Of a DNA stretch of 64,000 nt, positions 59,834-64,000 are shown one piece after another. Within the stretch, counting starts at the first letter, position 1. Each line of letters begins with the position of its first letter. Source of the DNA: an uncultured delta proteobacterium (GTDB taxonomy: Bacteria > Myxococcota_A > Polyangia > Fen-1088); contig CAWCMR010000025.1 of NCBI GenBank assembly GCA_963796685.1, positions 544,001-608,000 on the forward strand, read 5' to 3'. The notes beneath the pieces were generated by a model. It was not told the origin of the DNA. It searched no databases and was given only the letters and a program-made list of their open reading frames with translations. The position numbers and the translations under genes were made by a program.

Positions 59834-61436
59834 CTACATCGGCGAGATCGACGTGTAGTCGAGGTAATTGGCCGTCATCATGAGCAGCGAAAGCACCATC
59901 CACGAATCGTCGTAGTAGGTGCCGCCCACCAGCGCCTTGCCTGTCACGAGCACCCCGTAGGCGTCGTTGACGAAGGTCTGGTAGCTGGAGTTGCTCATGG
60001 CGCCGACGCCGGCAGGACCGACGAACGCCGAGGACTGAATCTGCGCGTTTGCACCAGTCTGGTACTGGGCGTGGGCCGTCCCGTTCAGGTCGTAGCCGTC
60101 GACGATCTTGGTGGCGCCGCCAACCGACGTCCCGCTGAAGAAGCTGCTGGTCTTGGCCACGTAGGCCTGCGCCCGCGAGTCGCCGGTCCAGCAGTAGTCG
60201 AGCCCGATGCGGAACGGGGTTCTGCACGAGTCGTACTGGTAGTTCGTCGGCGACGCCCCGCCCGTGGCTCCGAAGGCCCCGCCATTCGGCGCGCCGTTGG
60301 TGTCGCACCAGGCCGGCACAAGCCCATTGTTGGCGTTGCCGCTCGACGAGTTTAGCGATTTGGCCAGAACGTCGTACATGGCGTCCGTGAGCGCCTTCCA
60401 GCCGCTCGCGTTCGCGGTGTCGACCTTGGCGAAGAGCTTGTAGTAGGCGGGAGCGAAGTACGAGAGATTGATGGGGGGCACAGACGTGGTCGGCCAGGGG
60501 GACAGGTACTTGCCCGAATTGACCTCTTTGTTCCAGAATCTTGCCGATGGTCTCTTGGGCCCAATCGATATAGGTCCTGGTCGAGGAGCCTTTGCCGCCC
60601 CATTGCTTGTCGGCCATGACCATGGCGAAGGCCATATCCTCGTCGGCGTCCGAGGCCGGCCCCGCGCCTGACGGATTCGAGCCCACGTCCGAGCCGTCGG
60701 CCTTGATGTACCAGTTCATGAGGTAGGTCTGGGTATCGAGATGCGCCTGCTCGTACTTCCACAGATCGTCGAAGAGAGACTGATCATCCATGTACACCGC
60801 CAGGATCATCCCGTAGCCGATGCCCTCGGACACCGTCGAGTTCGGCTCCAGGCCGGGCTCGTTTGGCCGCTTCACGCGGCGGAAGCCATTGGCCCCGTCC
60901 GAGGTCACGGTGTCGTTCTTCCACTGCGCGTACATCGCCTGCACGTCCTCGTTGCGGTAGAGCGCGGGGTAGATGCAGTTGCTGTTCTCCCGGTTCTGAG
61001 GAAAGGGGAAATTGGTGGTGCTCGTATGCACGGTGGGACCGCGCGATGGCGCCGGGGGAGGCGCATCGGCGGTGTCGACAGCCGCGTCGGGGATCGTGCT
61101 GGTTCCGCCCGCGCCACCCGCACCGCCAAAGGCCGTCGCTCCCCCGGTACCCGCGGAGCCGCCACCGCCGCCCTCCGACTTGGTTCCACCCGTTCCCCCG
61201 CTTCCCCCCGAGGCGGTGGCTCCACCCCCGCCCGCGCTTCCGCCCGCGGCCGAGCTTCCACCCGTCGACGCGTTTCCACCCGCTCCGCCCTGCCCACCCG
61301 CGCTCGATCCGCCGGAGCCACCGGTGCCGGGCGGGGTCCGTGGGCTCTCCGTGGGCCTACATGCCGCGATTCCGCAAAACGTGACGAGAGCTGCTGTCCA
61401 GACTGGAGCCTGCAGGATTCGACGAGGAAACATCAT
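59834..61436 (-). CDS. GH8 glycoside hydrolase lipoprotein; frameshifts near 60480-60535
   Basis: IAAC lipobox; TVSEGIGYGM, SDADEDMAFA, NLSYFAP, GLVPAWC; paralog of 50422..52008. Confidence 0.85.
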
Positions 61437-61556
61437 GTCGTTCAATCCCAAGTGCAATCCCGAGTGGGGTGGGTCATTTCCTGGTTGTAAGAACACCTAA
61501 CCCTGCCTGATCGCGCATGGAAAATCTAGAGGGGCAACGCCCGTGGCCCGGGACCT

Positions 61557-61665
61557 GACCTCTAAGGAAGCCAGGAAAGCAGGAAGAAAGAGTTGAAATC
61601 AAGCGCGTCATGGTCTCCCCAAGGCCACACTACCCCTTCCTGGCTTCCTCGCTTCCTTAGAGGTC
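61557..61665. repeat. intergenic inverted-repeat (REP-like) element
   Basis: GACCTCTAAGGAAGCCAGGAAAGCAGGAAG ... CTTCCTGGCTTCCTCGCTTCCTTAGAGGTC. Confidence 0.7.
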
Positions 61666-61698
61666 TCCTTACGCGCGCAATCGCGTAGGCTTGCGCGC

Positions 61699-64000
61699 AT
61701 GGCTGCGCAGGCGCTCGAACGGTTCCACCCACTGGTTCGCCGGTGGTTCGAAAGCCGCTTCGCCGCGCCCACGGATGCGCAGGCGCAGGCCTGGCCCGTC
61801 ATCGCGCGGGGCGAGCACGTGCTGGTCAGCGCCCCCACCGGCAGCGGCAAGACCCTCACCGCGTTCCTGTCCGCCATCGACAACCTGGTGACCGAGCGGT
61901 GGACATGTGGGGGCGTTCGGGCGCTCTATCTGTCGCCGCTCAAGGCGTTGAACAGCGACGTGCGCCTCAATCTGCTCGCACCGCTGACCGAGCTGCGGGC
62001 CCTTTTCGAGCAGGAGCATTGCGCGTTTCCACCCATCCGCGTGATGACCCGCTCGGGCGACACCCCCGACGACGAACGCCGCGCGATGCTGCGCCACCCG
62101 CCCGAGATCCTCATCACCACCCCCGAGAGCTTGAACCTCATGCTCACGAGCAAACAGAGCCGGCAGCTCTTCGGTGGGCTCGCGACGGTGATCCTCGACG
62201 AGATCCACGCCTTGGCCGGCAGCAAGCGCGGCATTTACATGATGACCGCGGTCGAGCGGTTGACTCTATCCTGCCCGCCATTCCAGCGCATCGCCCTGTC
62301 GGCCACGGTGCGACCGGCAGAGACCGTCGCGGCGTGGATGGCCGGGTACGAGATCGTCGAGCCCGGCCCGGATACGCGCTACCGGCCGCGTCCGGTGCAT
62401 GTCGTGCACGCGACGGATCGGCGTTCGATTGCGCTGACCCTGCGCGCGCCGGAGGTGGAGAGGGTGAGGGGCCCGGACTCCGCGGATCTGTGGTGGCAAG
62501 CCCTGGCTGGCGATCTCAAGAAGATCGTCGAGAAGAATCGCTCCACCCTGATCTTCGCCAACAGCCGGCGCACGGTAGAGAAGCTCGCGCGCCTGCTCAA
62601 CAGCGGCGAGAACGAGCCCGTCGCCTATTCGCACCACGGCTCGCTGTCGCGCGAAATCCGCCTGGACGTGGAAGAGCGCATGAAGCAGGGTCGTCTGCGT
62701 GCCGTCGTGGCCACCGGATCGCTGGAGCTCGGCATCGATATCGGCTCCGTCGACGAGGTGATCCTGGTCGGCACGCCACCCTCGGTGGCGCAGTCGCTCC
62801 AGCGCATCGGCCGCGCCGACCACCGCGTGGGCGGCACGAGCAAGGCGAGCCTCTTCGTGCTGCACGGTCTCGACGGTGCGCAAGCGGCGTCCATGGAGGC
62901 CATGGTCGGGCGCGCGGACGTGGAAGCGATCCAGCCTATCCGCAACGCCCTCGACGTGCTGGCCCAAGTGCTGCTGTCCATGGGTTGCAACACCGTCTGG
63001 GATCTCGACCGGCTCTTCGCCTTCGTGCGCACCATCGCCGCCTACCACGAGCTGCCCCGCCATCACTTCGATCTGGTCGTCGCCATGCTGGCTGGCCGCT
63101 ACGCCGACGCACCCATTCGCGAGCTACGCCAGCGGGCGCTCGTGGACAGCGCCAAGAACACCTTCACCACGCGCGCGGGGACCGAATTCGTGCTCTACCA
63201 GTCGGGCGGCACCATCCCCGATCGCGGCTACTACCACCTGCGCCTCGCCGACAGCAAGGCCGTGATCGGCGAGCTGGACGAGGAGTTCGTGTGGGAACGC
63301 CGGCTGGGCGATCAGTTCAGCCTGGGCACGCAGGCCTGGCGCATCTTGAACGTCACCCACAACGACGTCGAGGTCGGACCCGCGGATGCGCGCGGCCCCA
63401 TGATCCCGTTCTGGAAGGCCGAGGAGCAAAATCGCTCTACCCAGGCCTCGTTCGCGCTGCTCGACTTCTTCGACGCTTGCGAGCCGCGGCTCGGCGAGCC
63501 CGATTTCGCCGACCAGCTCGGCAGGGAGCACGGCATGGACGCGGCCAGCGCGCGCGGCCTGGCGAGCTTCCTCGTCCGCCAGCACGAGATCTCGCGGGCA
63601 CCCCTGCCCGGCCGCCAGCGCGTGCTCGTCGAGTGCGGCAAGGATCCCTCGGCGCCGACGGAAAATCAACAGGTGGTGCTGCACACCTTCTGGGGCGGCA
63701 AGATCAACCGTCCCCTGGCCATCGCGCTGGCGGAGGCGTGGCAGCGCGCACGCGGCAGCCCGCTCGACGCCTTTGCCAGCAACGACCACATTCTGCTCAC
63801 GCTGCCCGAGGGCATCGACCCGGTGGGGGTGTTCGAGCTGGTTCCCGCGCGAGCGCTCGACGAGCTCTTGCGCGCGGGTCTGGAGAGGACCGCGCTCTTC
63901 GGCGCGCGCTTCCGCGAGAACGCCAGCCGGGCGCTCCTGCTCCCGCGCGGGGACGCCAGGAGACGCTACCCGCTGTGGCTCAACCGCCTGCGCTCGAAGA
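61699..64000 (+). CDS. lhr: Lhr-family DEAD/DEAH-box helicase (runs off the window end)
   Basis: Manual translation: FHPLVRRWF...APTGSGKT...SPLKAL...TTPESL...DEIH...LSAT...HHGSLS...LELGIDIG...QRIGRA...GTIPDRG. Confidence 0.9.
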   Translation, partial: MAAQALERFHPLVRRWFESRFAAPTDAQAQAWPVIARGEHVLVSAPTGSGKTLTAFLSAIDNLVTERWTCGGVRALYLSPLKALNSDVRLNLLAPLTELRALFEQEHCAFPPIRVMTRSGDTPDDERRAMLRHPPEILITTPESLNLMLTSKQSRQLFGGLATVILDEIHALAGSKRGIYMMTAVERLTLSCPPFQRIALSATVRPAETVAAWMAGYEIVEPGPDTRYRPRPVHVVHATDRRSIALTLRAPEVERVRGPDSADLWWQALAGDLKKIVEKNRSTLIFANSRRTVEKLARLLNSGENEPVAYSHHGSLSREIRLDVEERMKQGRLRAVVATGSLELGIDIGSVDEVILVGTPPSVAQSLQRIGRADHRVGGTSKASLFVLHGLDGAQAASMEAMVGRADVEAIQPIRNALDVLAQVLLSMGCNTVWDLDRLFAFVRTIAAYHELPRHHFDLVVAMLAGRYADAPIRELRQRALVDSAKNTFTTRAGTEFVLYQSGGTIPDRGYYHLRLADSKAVIGELDEEFVWERRLGDQFSLGTQAWRILNVTHNDVEVGPADARGPMIPFWKAEEQNRSTQASFALLDFFDACEPRLGEPDFADQLGREHGMDAASARGLASFLVRQHEISRAPLPGRQRVLVECGKDPSAPTENQQVVLHTFWGGKINRPLAIALAEAWQRARGSPLDAFASNDHILLTLPEGIDPVGVFELVPARALDELLRAGLERTALFGARFRENASRALLLPRGDARRRYPLWLNRLRSK

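Overview
High-GC window that looks like Myxococcota (Polyangia-like): secreted and lipoprotein CAZymes with Gly/Ser/Thr linkers, a MYXO-CTERM-like remnant and myxobacterial-type ECF sigma modules. It holds two GH8, a GH16, a GH29, two CE1-like esterases, a beta-helix protein, mnmA plus a cysteine desulfurase, a split-transketolase/GT2/SDR cluster, several toxin-antitoxin and nucleotidyltransferase modules, an lhr-like helicase, and many gene remnants and single-base frameshifts (some probably assembly errors). The top candidate for a new system is the tightly packed minus-strand operon at 52021-59604. A cytoplasmic group 3-like [NiFe]-hydrogenase (small and large subunit only, no diaphorase, Hdr or MvhD) sits among a REC-DUF4388/PATAN response regulator, a V4R/MetOD1-like protein, a ferredoxin-V4R fusion, a roadblock/LC7 (MglB-like) protein, an OmpA/MotB-like anchor and a membrane coiled-coil-roadblock protein. 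This suggests H2/redox sensing wired to cell-polarity or motility signalling. Other notable items are an internally deleted integron integrase abutting an attC site, an esterase homologue missing its catalytic Ser and His inside an ECF-FecR module, paired ECF promoter motifs visible in the DNA, and an ECF/anti-sigma/caspase/ZU5-like lipoprotein module. All family calls come from recognising motifs by eye; no searches were run.
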